A DNA stretch of 64,000 nucleotides. Origin: Oscillospiraceae bacterium (GTDB lineage Bacteria > Bacillota > Clostridia > Oscillospirales > CAG-272). Of this stretch, positions 51,076-60,192 are shown one piece after another. Where the stretch lies: positions 14,114-78,113 of the forward strand of contig SVSH01000006.1 in the NCBI GenBank assembly GCA_015064395.1. Direction: 5' to 3'. The position numbers were made by a program, and so were the translations under genes. The notes under the pieces are model-generated. The model did not search any database. It was not told the DNA's origin and worked only from the letters and a program-made list of their open reading frames with translations. Positions within the stretch are counted from its first letter, which is position 1. Every line of letters begins with the position of its first letter.

Positions 51076-52497
51076 TCAAAAACGAAAATATAAAAAGGGA
51101 TTATACGACGAGTCAACCAAATAAGCGGTAGACAAGAGAAGTCCTGCCACGCAAAGGGCAAGCGTGACCCAATCCATCGCGCGCGTCTTCTCATACAGCC
51201 GCCAGAACAGCCGCTTGGGAAGGGGCGTCATGCCCAGGACACACAGAGACAGCAGCGGGAGATTTCGAAGGATCTCATACCCCACGTCACCGCCAAACAG
51301 CCCCGCGCCTCGCCGGCCGAGCAGGACGGCAAGATAGGCCCGCGCCGCCGAGAGAGACAGCGTTGGCAAGGAGGCATCAAACACGAAAATATAAAAGCTG
51401 AACACCACGCAAAGGAGCGTCCAGGCGTGCCCGACCGCGGTAGGAAGCCGCTCCAAAAGGCGTCCGAGAAACAGACGTTCCATGGACAAAAGCAAAAAGA
51501 AATACAGCCCCCACAAGACAAAATTCCAGCTGGCACCGTGCCAAAGCCCCGTCAGCGCCCAGACGGCGAGCAGGTTGAGATAGGTGCGCCCCTTTGAACG
51601 CCGGTTGCCGCCCAAGGGAATATACACGTATTCCCGAAACCAGGTCGACAGCGTGATATGCCACCGCCGCCAAAATTCCGAGACCGATCGAGCCGTCATG
51701 GGATAGTAAAAATTCTCGGGAAAGCGAAAGCCCAGGATGCGCCCAAGGCCAATGGCCATATCACTATAACCGGAAAAGTCAAAATAGATCTGTATGGTGA
51801 AGCAAACAATACCAAACCACGCCCCGACCGTCGTCTGCCGCTCGGTGGGCAGATCGCGCACAAGGGCAAACAGCTCGCCCGCCGGATTGGCCAGGAGTAC
51901 CTTTTTGCAAAGGCCGCAGATAAACGTCCGCGCGCCGCTCGCCGCCATCAGAACGGAATGAGACCGCCCCGTCAGCTGCGCGTCCACGTCGCTGTATCGC
52001 ACAATCGGGCCTGCGATCAGCTGGGGAAACAGCGTCACGTAGGTGCCAAAGGCAATGGGGTCGCGTTGAGCACACACCTGGCCACGGTAGACGTCGATCA
52101 CGTAGGACAGCGCCTGAAAGGTGTAGAAGGAAATACCGATGGGCAGGGCGACAGACAGCCTTGGTAAGAAGGCGAGTGCGGGGATAAGGCGCAAGGTGTC
52201 CAACATCCATCCGCTGTATTTGAAAAAGCCCAAAAGGCCGAGATTGAGAACGATCGCGGCGATCAGCCACCCCCGGCGTGCGCGCGGTGTCCGGGCCTTT
52301 TGAATCAGGAGACCCGCCGCGTAGTCAACAAGGATGGTAAGCACCATCAAAAAAAGATAGACGGGCTCACTCCAGCCATAAAACACAAGGCTGACAAGGA
52401 GCAGGACAAGATTGCGATAGCGAAGTGGAGTGATAAAATAGAGCAGTAGCGTCACCGGAAGATACAAGTATAAAAATTCCAGCGACGAAAACAGCAT
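51076..52497 (-). CDS. MBOAT-family membrane O-acyltransferase (AlgI/DltB-like)
   Basis: MLFSSLEFLYLYLP N-terminus. Contains FWRRWHITLSTWFREYVYIPLGG (MBOAT His region). 473 aa, polytopic. Confidence 0.9.
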   Translation of the reverse strand: MLFSSLEFLYLYLPVTLLLYFITPLRYRNLVLLLVSLVFYGWSEPVYLFLMVLTILVDYAAGLLIQKARTPRARRGWLIAAIVLNLGLLGFFKYSGWMLDTLRLIPALAFLPRLSVALPIGISFYTFQALSYVIDVYRGQVCAQRDPIAFGTYVTLFPQLIAGPIVRYSDVDAQLTGRSHSVLMAASGARTFICGLCKKVLLANPAGELFALVRDLPTERQTTVGAWFGIVCFTIQIYFDFSGYSDMAIGLGRILGFRFPENFYYPMTARSVSEFWRRWHITLSTWFREYVYIPLGGNRRSKGRTYLNLLAVWALTGLWHGASWNFVLWGLYFFLLLSMERLFLGRLLERLPTAVGHAWTLLCVVFSFYIFVFDASLPTLSLSAARAYLAVLLGRRGAGLFGGDVGYEILRNLPLLSLCVLGMTPLPKRLFWRLYEKTRAMDWVTLALCVAGLLLSTAYLVDSSYNPFLYFRF

Positions 52498-52538
52498 GCC
52501 CTACCCTCCTCTGCTTGCAGATTATGTATTAGGGTGGA

Positions 52539-54080
52539 TCAATGCCAATATTTTCGGTCCAGGCTGCGCAGCTGTACTGCCTGAGCGATGTGCTCCTCGC
52601 GAATGACCTCCGAGGCATCCAGGTCGGCGATGGTACGCGCCACCCGCAACACACGGTCATGGCCGCGGGCGCTGAGCCCCAGGCGCTCGTAAGCCTGCTT
52701 GAGCAAAGCCATCGCGCCCTCGGTCGTGCGGCAATAGCGGTGAATGCCGGCGGGATCGAGCTGGGCGTTGCATCGGGGCATCGCGCCGTCCGCCTCCATG
52801 CGCGCCTTGGCAAAGGCACGCGCCCCTATGACCCGCTGACGGATAGTCGCGGACGACTCGGCATGGGGGTCTTGGGTCGAGATCTCGTCAAAGCTGAGCG
52901 AGGGGAGCTCGATCTGAATATCCATACGGTCCAGCATAGGGCCGCTGACGCCCGACAGATAGCGGGACACGTCACCTGCGCGGCAGGTGCACTTGCGGGT
53001 GGGGTGTCCAAAATAGCCGCAACGGCAGGGGTTCATGGCCGCCACCAGCATAAACGCACTGGGAAAGGTCACCCGTCCCGAGGCACGAGTGATGGTCACC
53101 TGCAGGTCCTCCAGGGGCTGACGCAACGCGTCCGTCACCTGCTTGGGGAATTCGGGAAGCTCGTCCAAAAACAGGACGCCGTTGTGTGCCAGCGAGATCT
53201 CGCCGGGCGCAGGATTGGCGCCCCCGCCCACCAGGCTGACCGCACTCATGGTATGGTGGGGAGACCGGAAGGGGCGGCGCATGACGAGCGAATGTCCATC
53301 AGGCAAAATACCCGAGACGGAATGAATTTTGGTCGTCACCAGTGCCTCCTCAAAGGTCAGAGGCGGCAGAATCGAGGGCAGTCTTTTCGCCAGCATGGAT
53401 TTACCCGTGCCGGGAGGGCCGATGAGCAGCACGTTGTGCCCGCCTGCCGCGGCGATCTCAAGGGCCCGCTTGGCCATGGCCTGTCCCCGCACGTCGGCGA
53501 AGTCCAGACCGGCATACATCTCGTTGTCAATGACGGTCTCATTGGCGGGCATGGGAGAGAGGGGCTTGCGTCCGCTCAAATGATCGAGCAGAGCCGCCAT
53601 GCTTTCCACACCATACACCTCAACGCCTCGCACGGCGGCCGCTTCGGCGGCGTTTTCCAGAGGCACGTAGATCTTGCGAAATCCTGCGTCACGGGCGGCG
53701 GCGCACATACAAAGCACGCCTCTCACACCACGAAGCTTGCCCGACAGAGAAAGCTCTCCGATAAAACAGCTGTCGTCCAGCTTGGTGTCACGGTGGATGG
53801 CACCGACGGCGTGCAAAATGCCCGTCAGGATGGCCAGGTCAAAGCCCGAGCCCTCCTTGCGGCGATCGGCGGGGGCGAGATTGACCATCAGCGATGTCTC
53901 GGGAAAGCGCAATCCGCTGTTTTCGCAAGCGGTGCGTACCCGCTCCTTGGCCTCCTTGACCGCCATATCGGGCAGTCCCACGAGTTCAAAGCAAGGGAGA
54001 TTGGGACGCGCGTCGACCTCGACGGTCACGACAAAGCCGTCGATGCCAAACAGTCCTGCAGAATATACGGTAGATAACAT
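52539..54080 (-). CDS. comM: YifB/ComM-family Mg-chelatase-like AAA+ ATPase
   Basis: N-terminal Lon-like segment FDLAILTGIL. Walker A GPPGTGKSMLA, then GVLFLDELPEF and a C-terminal MgChl domain. Confidence 0.92.
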   Translation of the reverse strand: MLSTVYSAGLFGIDGFVVTVEVDARPNLPCFELVGLPDMAVKEAKERVRTACENSGLRFPETSLMVNLAPADRRKEGSGFDLAILTGILHAVGAIHRDTKLDDSCFIGELSLSGKLRGVRGVLCMCAAARDAGFRKIYVPLENAAEAAAVRGVEVYGVESMAALLDHLSGRKPLSPMPANETVIDNEMYAGLDFADVRGQAMAKRALEIAAAGGHNVLLIGPPGTGKSMLAKRLPSILPPLTFEEALVTTKIHSVSGILPDGHSLVMRRPFRSPHHTMSAVSLVGGGANPAPGEISLAHNGVLFLDELPEFPKQVTDALRQPLEDLQVTITRASGRVTFPSAFMLVAAMNPCRCGYFGHPTRKCTCRAGDVSRYLSGVSGPMLDRMDIQIELPSLSFDEISTQDPHAESSATIRQRVIGARAFAKARMEADGAMPRCNAQLDPAGIHRYCRTTEGAMALLKQAYERLGLSARGHDRVLRVARTIADLDASEVIREEHIAQAVQLRSLDRKYWH

Positions 54081-54179
54081 AAATAGCCCTCGCCTTCATG
54101 GTTACTTTCTTATTATTTTATCATAGGTGGGGGAATATTACAAGGGGAGATGGAATTTATTTTTGGATATGAGGAACGA

Positions 54180-54830
54180 ATGTTCAAACGGCTTCTCCTT
54201 TCCACGCGCATACAGCCCACCTCGACTCCGTCGAGCTGCGCGCTGCGCTGTACCGGCGTAGGTGCCATTTCTTTGTCGTTCCACAAAGAAATGGCGAAAG
54301 AAAAGGAACCAAGGGGCTTAATGCCCCTTGGAACCCCGCCGCCCGACGGCTTTTGGAGAGCCGCCGGGGCTTTTGCTTTCGCAAGCCTCCTCCATCTTGG
54401 GCGCATGAGCGCACGCCCAAGATGGGTTTGTTGTAGCAAAATTTCTTGTTTCCTCCGCCTGCCGCTCGTGTTGGCTTGAGTTGAGGCACAGCACAGGGAG
54501 CGTTTATGTGATCTCTCGTCTTTCTCCTTGCAGAGCGGCAAAGGAGCGGTTTCCAAAGGCGGCAGCCTTTGGCGCGCTTTCTTGGTTCGTTCTTTGCCGC
54601 GCGGCAAAGAATGAACACCCCCTGCCGGTACAGCGCGGCGCGAAGCAGTATGCGCGTCCGTAGAAGTAGTTACTTGAAATTCAGCTTTCTTCCCTTCGTC
54701 CGCCGCACAACGCGCGGCGGAACTGCCTATGCTACTTCTTGGCCAACGAGAAAGAATGAACATCAAAAACCGCACAGCGAGCGCGTGCAAAGCACCGTGT
54801 GAGCGTCCGGCTACGCAGACAGTTGAAAAT
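54180..54830 (-). repeat. Hairpin-mosaic intergenic repeat region B (inverted copy of region A modules)
   Basis: The reverse complement of 54309-54429 matches the 115-nt core of region A almost base for base. The reverse complement of 54309-54720 is collinear with 44139-44552. The reverse complement of 54759-54804 matches 43741-43786. Confidence 0.75.
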
Positions 54831-54881
54831 TCAACGAAAAACAACCCGAAGCCAAACGCTCCGGGTTGCATATCCATTCTT

Positions 54882-55289
54882 TTAGTGTCCGTTCAATTCA
54901 TCCAGCAATCGGTCAAAAGCACTGGCTTGCTCATACGTCATTCTACACCACGAACCGCCGCTGTTTCGAATAAACATATTGCCGAAATGATAAATCGTTT
55001 CCTTGCTCCCATCCTCGTATTCAAGAGCAATTACCCACGTCATACCACCATATTCATCCGGGTTTTCTTCAAAATCAGAAAGCAACTCTAAATTCGAAAG
55101 ATAATTCACAATGGCTTGGGCATCTTGCCCGGTATAGGAATAATCGTAACCTTCCGGCAAAGAAGAGACCGAAATGCGCGCGACTGTACCCTTCTTCAAA
55201 AGGACACTTCCCTTCGTGTAGGCCGGAGAACAACCCACAAGCGCCACGGCACACAGCAAGGCCAAAATAAATACCGCAATCTTTTTCAT
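54882..55289 (-). CDS. Lipoprotein, unknown function
   Basis: MKKIAVFILALLCAVALVGC/S carries the canonical lipobox LVGC. AGAGGG lies 6 nt upstream of ATG 55289. Confidence 0.7.
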   Translation of the reverse strand: MKKIAVFILALLCAVALVGCSPAYTKGSVLLKKGTVARISVSSLPEGYDYSYTGQDAQAIVNYLSNLELLSDFEENPDEYGGMTWVIALEYEDGSKETIYHFGNMFIRNSGGSWCRMTYEQASAFDRLLDELNGH

Positions 55290-55420
55290 AGTCATCCCTC
55301 TTTCTTTTTGTATTTTGGAAGTAGCTACTATAAAAGACGTAAAAAATGCAAAAATGTTCCCTGTTTTTCGGAAATTGTTCAAAAAATTTTGTTTATCCAG
55401 AGATGCTTTGAGGAGATCAT

Positions 55421-56536
55421 TTATCCCTCAAACTGCTCCGCCACCGCTTTGAGATGCTCCACAATGGGCAACTGCTGAGGACATACCCCCTCGCACTGCG
55501 CACATCCGATGCACTCTCCGGCGCGTCCAAAGGTTTCCGTCAAGCGCGCATAGGCATCCTTGACGGACTCGTCCCCCTCCGACACCTTGGCCGTATTGTA
55601 CAAAGCAAAATACTGCGGGATGGCGAGGTTCTGGGGGCACCCGTCCACACAATACGCACAGCCCGTGCAAGGAATGGCGATCTTGGAACGGATCAGCTCG
55701 GCCGCACGGTGCACCAGCATCTGTTCATCCGGCGTCAGCGGCTCAAACTCCTGCATATACGAGGTGTTATCGAGCAGCTGCTCCATATTGCTCATGCCCG
55801 ACAGTACCATCATAACGCCCGGCAAGCCCGCCGCAAAGCGGATCGCCCAGGACGGCACCGACATATCGGGATTGGTCGAACGGAACAGTCCCTGCACGGC
55901 AGGAGGGACGTTGGCAAGCGTGCCGCCCTTGACCGGCTCCATGACAATGATCGGAACCTTGTGCTTGCGCGCGACCTCGTAGCACTTGCGCGATTGCACG
56001 CTCTCACTCTCCCAGTCCAGATAGTTGATCTGCAGCTGCACGAACTCCATATCGGGCTGCTCGGTCAGGATCTGATCCAGCACCTCGGCCGTGTCGTGGA
56101 AGGAAAAGCCCATGTGCTTGACAAGGCCCCTTGCCTTCTTCTCGCGCAACCACTCGAAGCAGTGCAGATCCTTGTAGATCTGGTAGTGCGACACGCGCAG
56201 ATCGTGAAGCAGATAGTAGTCGAAATATCCTGCGCCCGTCTTGGCAAGCTGCTCGTTGAAGATGCGGTCGCGGTCGTCCTCGTTCTTGATGTACGCGGCA
56301 TGCAGCTTGGTCGCCAGGGTAAAGGAGTCGCGAGGGTGCCGCTCGACCAGCGCCACGCGCGTTGCGTTCTCACTCTCGTGTCCGCAATACATCCAGGCGG
56401 TATCAAAATAAGTAAAGCCCTTTTCAATGAAGGTATCGACCATTTGCTTGGTCTGCTCTATGTCGATGCTTTTTTGGTCGTTGGGATCGGTCAATGGCAG
56501 GCGCATCAGGCCAAAGCCGAGTTTTTTTGCATTCAT
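55421..56536 (-). CDS. Aldo/keto reductase fused to a C-terminal 2x[4Fe-4S] ferredoxin-like domain
   Basis: The AKR N-terminus reads LGFGLMRLP...YFDTAWMYCGHESE. The C-terminus contains CTGCAYCVDGCP and CIGCAQCEGVCP. Confidence 0.88.
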   Translation of the reverse strand: MNAKKLGFGLMRLPLTDPNDQKSIDIEQTKQMVDTFIEKGFTYFDTAWMYCGHESENATRVALVERHPRDSFTLATKLHAAYIKNEDDRDRIFNEQLAKTGAGYFDYYLLHDLRVSHYQIYKDLHCFEWLREKKARGLVKHMGFSFHDTAEVLDQILTEQPDMEFVQLQINYLDWESESVQSRKCYEVARKHKVPIIVMEPVKGGTLANVPPAVQGLFRSTNPDMSVPSWAIRFAAGLPGVMMVLSGMSNMEQLLDNTSYMQEFEPLTPDEQMLVHRAAELIRSKIAIPCTGCAYCVDGCPQNLAIPQYFALYNTAKVSEGDESVKDAYARLTETFGRAGECIGCAQCEGVCPQQLPIVEHLKAVAEQFEG

Positions 56537-56548
56537 AAGCGTTCTCCT

Positions 56549-57730
56549 TTATCTCCATTTTTTATCTTTTTTGGGGCCACGCGCATCGAACCTTGTCTGC
56601 CCCACGCCGACAGGCTTGAAAAATTGATACAGATAGCAAGGCAGCATACCGTTGTACAGCTTGCGCGTCTTATCCGCTCTTCGGCCGTACAGCCGCTCGA
56701 AGCTCTCGCAGGAGGTCAGCACGTAGATCTGCCAGGGCTCAAAGGTGGCAAACCGCCGTCCCATCGCCCGATACAACTCCGCCGCCTCCGCCTCGGTCAT
56801 CAGCCGCTCACCGTAAGGGGGATTGCACAGGATGGTGCCACGGCGATCGGGCTTTTCGATCGTCCGCGCGTCGGCCGCAAAAATATTCATCACATCCTCG
56901 ACGCCCGCTCGCACGGCGCAATCGTAGGTCATATCCGTCATATCCTCGTCGATGTCCGACGCCCAGACCTCGCACCCGTTGTCCGTTCTGATGGCGGCAC
57001 GGGCGGCTTCGCGAGCACTCTCCCACAGAGGGGCGGGCAGTCGGTCAAACTGCTCCCCCGCGAAGGTGCGGTTGAGTCCCGGCGCCCGGTTTTGCAGGAT
57101 CATGGCCGTCTCGATGGCGATGGTGCCCGATCCGCAAAAAGGATCCCAGAACAGCACGTCCGGGCGGGGGCGGGCGGTAAGCGCAATCGCCGCCGCCAGT
57201 GTTTCCCGCAAGGGCGCGACACCCGCATGAGGGCGGTAGCCGCGCTTGTGCAAAGCCATTCCCGAGGTATCGATGAGCAGCATCGCTTCGTCCTTAAGCA
57301 AAAAGAACTCGACCGAATAGGTCACGCCGCTGTTCTGCTCGAACCAGGTGATGCCGTATTGAGCCGACAGCGCGTCGACCACGGCGCGATTGACGATCTT
57401 CTGGCAGGCAGGGATGGAGGTCAGTCTGCTTTTGATGCTGTGTCCGCTGATGGGAAACGCATCCGTCTTGCCGATCCACGTGTCCCAGGCAAGGGCGCGT
57501 GTGCCCTCGTAGAGCTGGTCAAACGTCTCGGCGTGAAAGCGCCCCATGAGCACGAACACCCGCTCGGCGCAACGAAGCGCGATGTTGGCGCGGGGAATGT
57601 CCCCCTCCTCGCCCTCAAAGATCACGCGCCCGTCCATCGTCTCGACCCGCTTAAGTCCCAGCGCGTCGATCTCCTCGCCAAGCAAGCGCTCCAGTCCAAA
57701 CAGGCAGGTTGCTACCAGTTGTAATTTCAT
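56549..57730 (-). CDS. THUMP-domain class I SAM-dependent RNA methyltransferase (RlmL/YpsC-like)
   Basis: MKLQLVATCLFGLERLLGEEI (THUMP N-terminus), DPFCGSGTIAIE (SAM motif I) and NPPYGERL (motif IV). Confidence 0.88.
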   Translation of the reverse strand: MKLQLVATCLFGLERLLGEEIDALGLKRVETMDGRVIFEGEEGDIPRANIALRCAERVFVLMGRFHAETFDQLYEGTRALAWDTWIGKTDAFPISGHSIKSRLTSIPACQKIVNRAVVDALSAQYGITWFEQNSGVTYSVEFFLLKDEAMLLIDTSGMALHKRGYRPHAGVAPLRETLAAAIALTARPRPDVLFWDPFCGSGTIAIETAMILQNRAPGLNRTFAGEQFDRLPAPLWESAREAARAAIRTDNGCEVWASDIDEDMTDMTYDCAVRAGVEDVMNIFAADARTIEKPDRRGTILCNPPYGERLMTEAEAAELYRAMGRRFATFEPWQIYVLTSCESFERLYGRRADKTRKLYNGMLPCYLYQFFKPVGVGQTRFDARGPKKDKKWR

Positions 57731-57735
57731 GTATT

Positions 57736-60192
57736 TTACTCTTCCTTCGTTTCAAGATCCTGCAGGCTTCTACTGCTGTTGCAGGTCAGATACAGCACCT
57801 GATAGCGCTCGGCCACCGCCTCCAAAAGGTCAGCGGCACGCGCCATCGTCGCGTCATCCAGATTGGTAAAGGGGTCGTCCAAAATGAGGAAGGGACGCTC
57901 GCCCTCAAACATCGCATCGACCAAAGACAGGCGCTCGCAAAGCGAGATCAGATCTCGTAGCCCTGTATTGAAGGCGTCGCTGTCCCGTCCGACACCCGCC
58001 GCCCGTAGCTTGACGCGGAATTGGGCATCCATGGTAAACACGGGGGCATCCTCGCCCGTCAGAGCCTTCATATATCGGCCGAAGCCCTGTTGCATCGCGT
58101 TCAAATAGCGACCGGACAGCTGCTCGCGCGCCAATTTCAGATACTTTTCGGCCGATTGAATGGACATGAGCTGCTGGTTTTGCCGCTCGATCTGACAAGA
58201 CAGGCTCTCAAGCTCACTCTCCAGCTCGTCCAGCTCCTCCGTTTCCGAGGTCAAGCGGGCTTCGGTCTGCTCCTCACGCGCCAGTGCCTCGGACCACGCG
58301 GCAAGTGCCCCGGCAAGCTCTTTTTGTCTTGCCTCCAACGCCGCCACGTCGACGTGACCATCCTCCGCCTGTACCACAGGCTCGCCCTGTGTGCCGTACT
58401 GCGCCCGCAGAGCCGCGATCTCGGCCTGCTTGCGCTCGCTGCGCACAAGTGCCTCGCGGTAGCGGCCGGAAAGCTCGGTCAGCCAGCGCACAAGGAGCGT
58501 CGCGTCCTCGGGTGCGCCCTTCATATGTTTCATCAGCCCCGAAAGATGTGCCTGCGCCTCGTCCAGCGAACGGCGGCACTCACAATGAGCCGATTCTATT
58601 TGCTTTTTCTTTTCGAGCAATGTCACAAGGCGCTCTCCCTGCGCGGCCAAACGTTCAATGCACAAGGCTGCCTCGGTCGCACCGGGGCAGGGCTCGTGGA
58701 CAAACGTCGCTCGCCAAAGCCCCGCAAAGCGCAAGGCGCTCTCGGCCGCCTGCAGGCGCAGCTCGGCCTGCTTGATGTCGCCGTCCAGTTGCGTGATCTT
58801 TTGTCTGCCTTCTTGCGCCAACACCGCGGCCTTTACGTGCCGTTTGGCGTGAAGGGCGGCAAAGATCAAAGCGACAGCTAAACAAACAGCACTGACGATC
58901 CACAAGAGGGGGACCCACAACGCAACAATGATGAAGACCACCGACAAGGCAAGCATCACCGCAGAGATGGGATCGATCCTTCGGGTCTTTCCCTGCGTCT
59001 CGCTTTGCGCCAGTGCTTGCCGCTGGTCACGTAAGGACTGCAAGTGAGCCCGAGCTTGCAGAAACTGTTCCTCCGGATCTATAGGTTCCACGGAAACATG
59101 CTCATCCTCAAGATCCATCGCCAGCACAGATGCGCGGTTATACTCCTTTGCCGCATGGCGTAGCGCCTCCAGCTGCTCCTCGGTGGGTAATCCTCTGTCA
59201 AATCGACCGGACAAGGTCTCTATCTCGGCCAACTCCTCTTCATCCGGGTGGGCCCGATCAAGCCGCCGTTTGGCCTCCTCGCAGGTCGCAGCTGCTCCGG
59301 TTACCGTTTCGATCAGCTGCTCGGTCGGCTCTTGTCCACCCAGCACCTCGCGACAGTTGGCAAGGAAGGTGTTCAACTCTGCCTCCTCCGCCTCCAGCGC
59401 CGCCATTCGCGCACCGATCGCACGTCCCTCTCTCCGTTTCAACTCGGATGAGAGCTCTTGCTGTATCTGTTCGGTCTCGGCCCGTGCTCCGACCATATTT
59501 TCCTTTAGGTCATTGATGCGGTTGCGGCAAGCAGACAATACCGTCCGCTGTGCATAGCACCGCTCGATCTCCCGCGTCAATGCCGCGTGACGCGCCGTCG
59601 CCGCGGCGATCTCACCGCCGCCGCCCGTCAGATGATGCAATTCGCGTCGCCGCTTTTCCAGCAGCTCCATCGCGCGGTCATAGTTGGCCAGGTCGTCCGT
59701 CGCGTCCACCAGGCGGTTGAGCTTGGTGTGTATGCTGACGGTACCGTCCCGGGTCATATCGTCCGGACGTTGGGACAGGTAGGTCGACCGCTCGTAGGCC
59801 GCCGCATCCACCCCAAACAGCCCCTCGCCGGGGTTGCTTGCCCATTCCGTATCTGCCTCGGCACCCGTGCGAAGCGACAGGACATTCAACCTGTCCTCCG
59901 CCTCCTTGGCACCGAAAAATCGCTCGATGCGATACGCCTCACCCCCGACCTCAATATCCAGACTGCCGCCATAGGCGCCGCCATTCCAAGGAGAATAGCG
60001 CTTGCGCTCGTTTTCGATCAGCGACCGCTTGGTCGTGGCGGGCAAGCCGTACAGCATGGCCTTGATAAACACTGCCAGGGTGCTCTTGCCCCAGCCGTTG
60101 GGATGAAGACGAAGGTTCAACCCTTCCTCAAACGTCTCGGTGTGGTCACACAGCCCACCGAAATTTTGCACGTGCAAGCCGATGATCCTCAT
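57736..60192 (-). CDS. SbcC/Rad50-like AAA ATPase of the YhaN (SbcE) type, with a predicted TM hairpin in the coiled-coil region
   Basis: Start at MRIIGLHVQNFGG...GWGKSTL (Walker A), in ATGA overlap with the upstream gene. Long heptad-rich middle. Two hydrophobic helices (ISAVMLALSVVFIIVALWV, LLWIVSAVCLAVALIFAAL) at nt ~58800-58990. C-terminal FLILDDPFTNLD (Walker B). Confidence 0.8.
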   Translation of the reverse strand: MRIIGLHVQNFGGLCDHTETFEEGLNLRLHPNGWGKSTLAVFIKAMLYGLPATTKRSLIENERKRYSPWNGGAYGGSLDIEVGGEAYRIERFFGAKEAEDRLNVLSLRTGAEADTEWASNPGEGLFGVDAAAYERSTYLSQRPDDMTRDGTVSIHTKLNRLVDATDDLANYDRAMELLEKRRRELHHLTGGGGEIAAATARHAALTREIERCYAQRTVLSACRNRINDLKENMVGARAETEQIQQELSSELKRREGRAIGARMAALEAEEAELNTFLANCREVLGGQEPTEQLIETVTGAAATCEEAKRRLDRAHPDEEELAEIETLSGRFDRGLPTEEQLEALRHAAKEYNRASVLAMDLEDEHVSVEPIDPEEQFLQARAHLQSLRDQRQALAQSETQGKTRRIDPISAVMLALSVVFIIVALWVPLLWIVSAVCLAVALIFAALHAKRHVKAAVLAQEGRQKITQLDGDIKQAELRLQAAESALRFAGLWRATFVHEPCPGATEAALCIERLAAQGERLVTLLEKKKQIESAHCECRRSLDEAQAHLSGLMKHMKGAPEDATLLVRWLTELSGRYREALVRSERKQAEIAALRAQYGTQGEPVVQAEDGHVDVAALEARQKELAGALAAWSEALAREEQTEARLTSETEELDELESELESLSCQIERQNQQLMSIQSAEKYLKLAREQLSGRYLNAMQQGFGRYMKALTGEDAPVFTMDAQFRVKLRAAGVGRDSDAFNTGLRDLISLCERLSLVDAMFEGERPFLILDDPFTNLDDATMARAADLLEAVAERYQVLYLTCNSSRSLQDLETKEE

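Noticed and set aside
52542-54077. 511-aa plus-strand ORF
   Set aside because: Antisense to the comM/yifB-like AAA+ gene, which has Walker A/B and Mg-chelatase motifs on the minus strand.
54113-54877. 254-aa minus-strand ORF upstream of comM
   Set aside because: Same reasoning as above: it is a read-through of repeat region B.
55454-57724. 756-aa plus-strand ORF
   Set aside because: It spans two unrelated, well-supported minus-strand genes (AKR-ferredoxin and THUMP methyltransferase), which makes it a high-GC antisense artefact.
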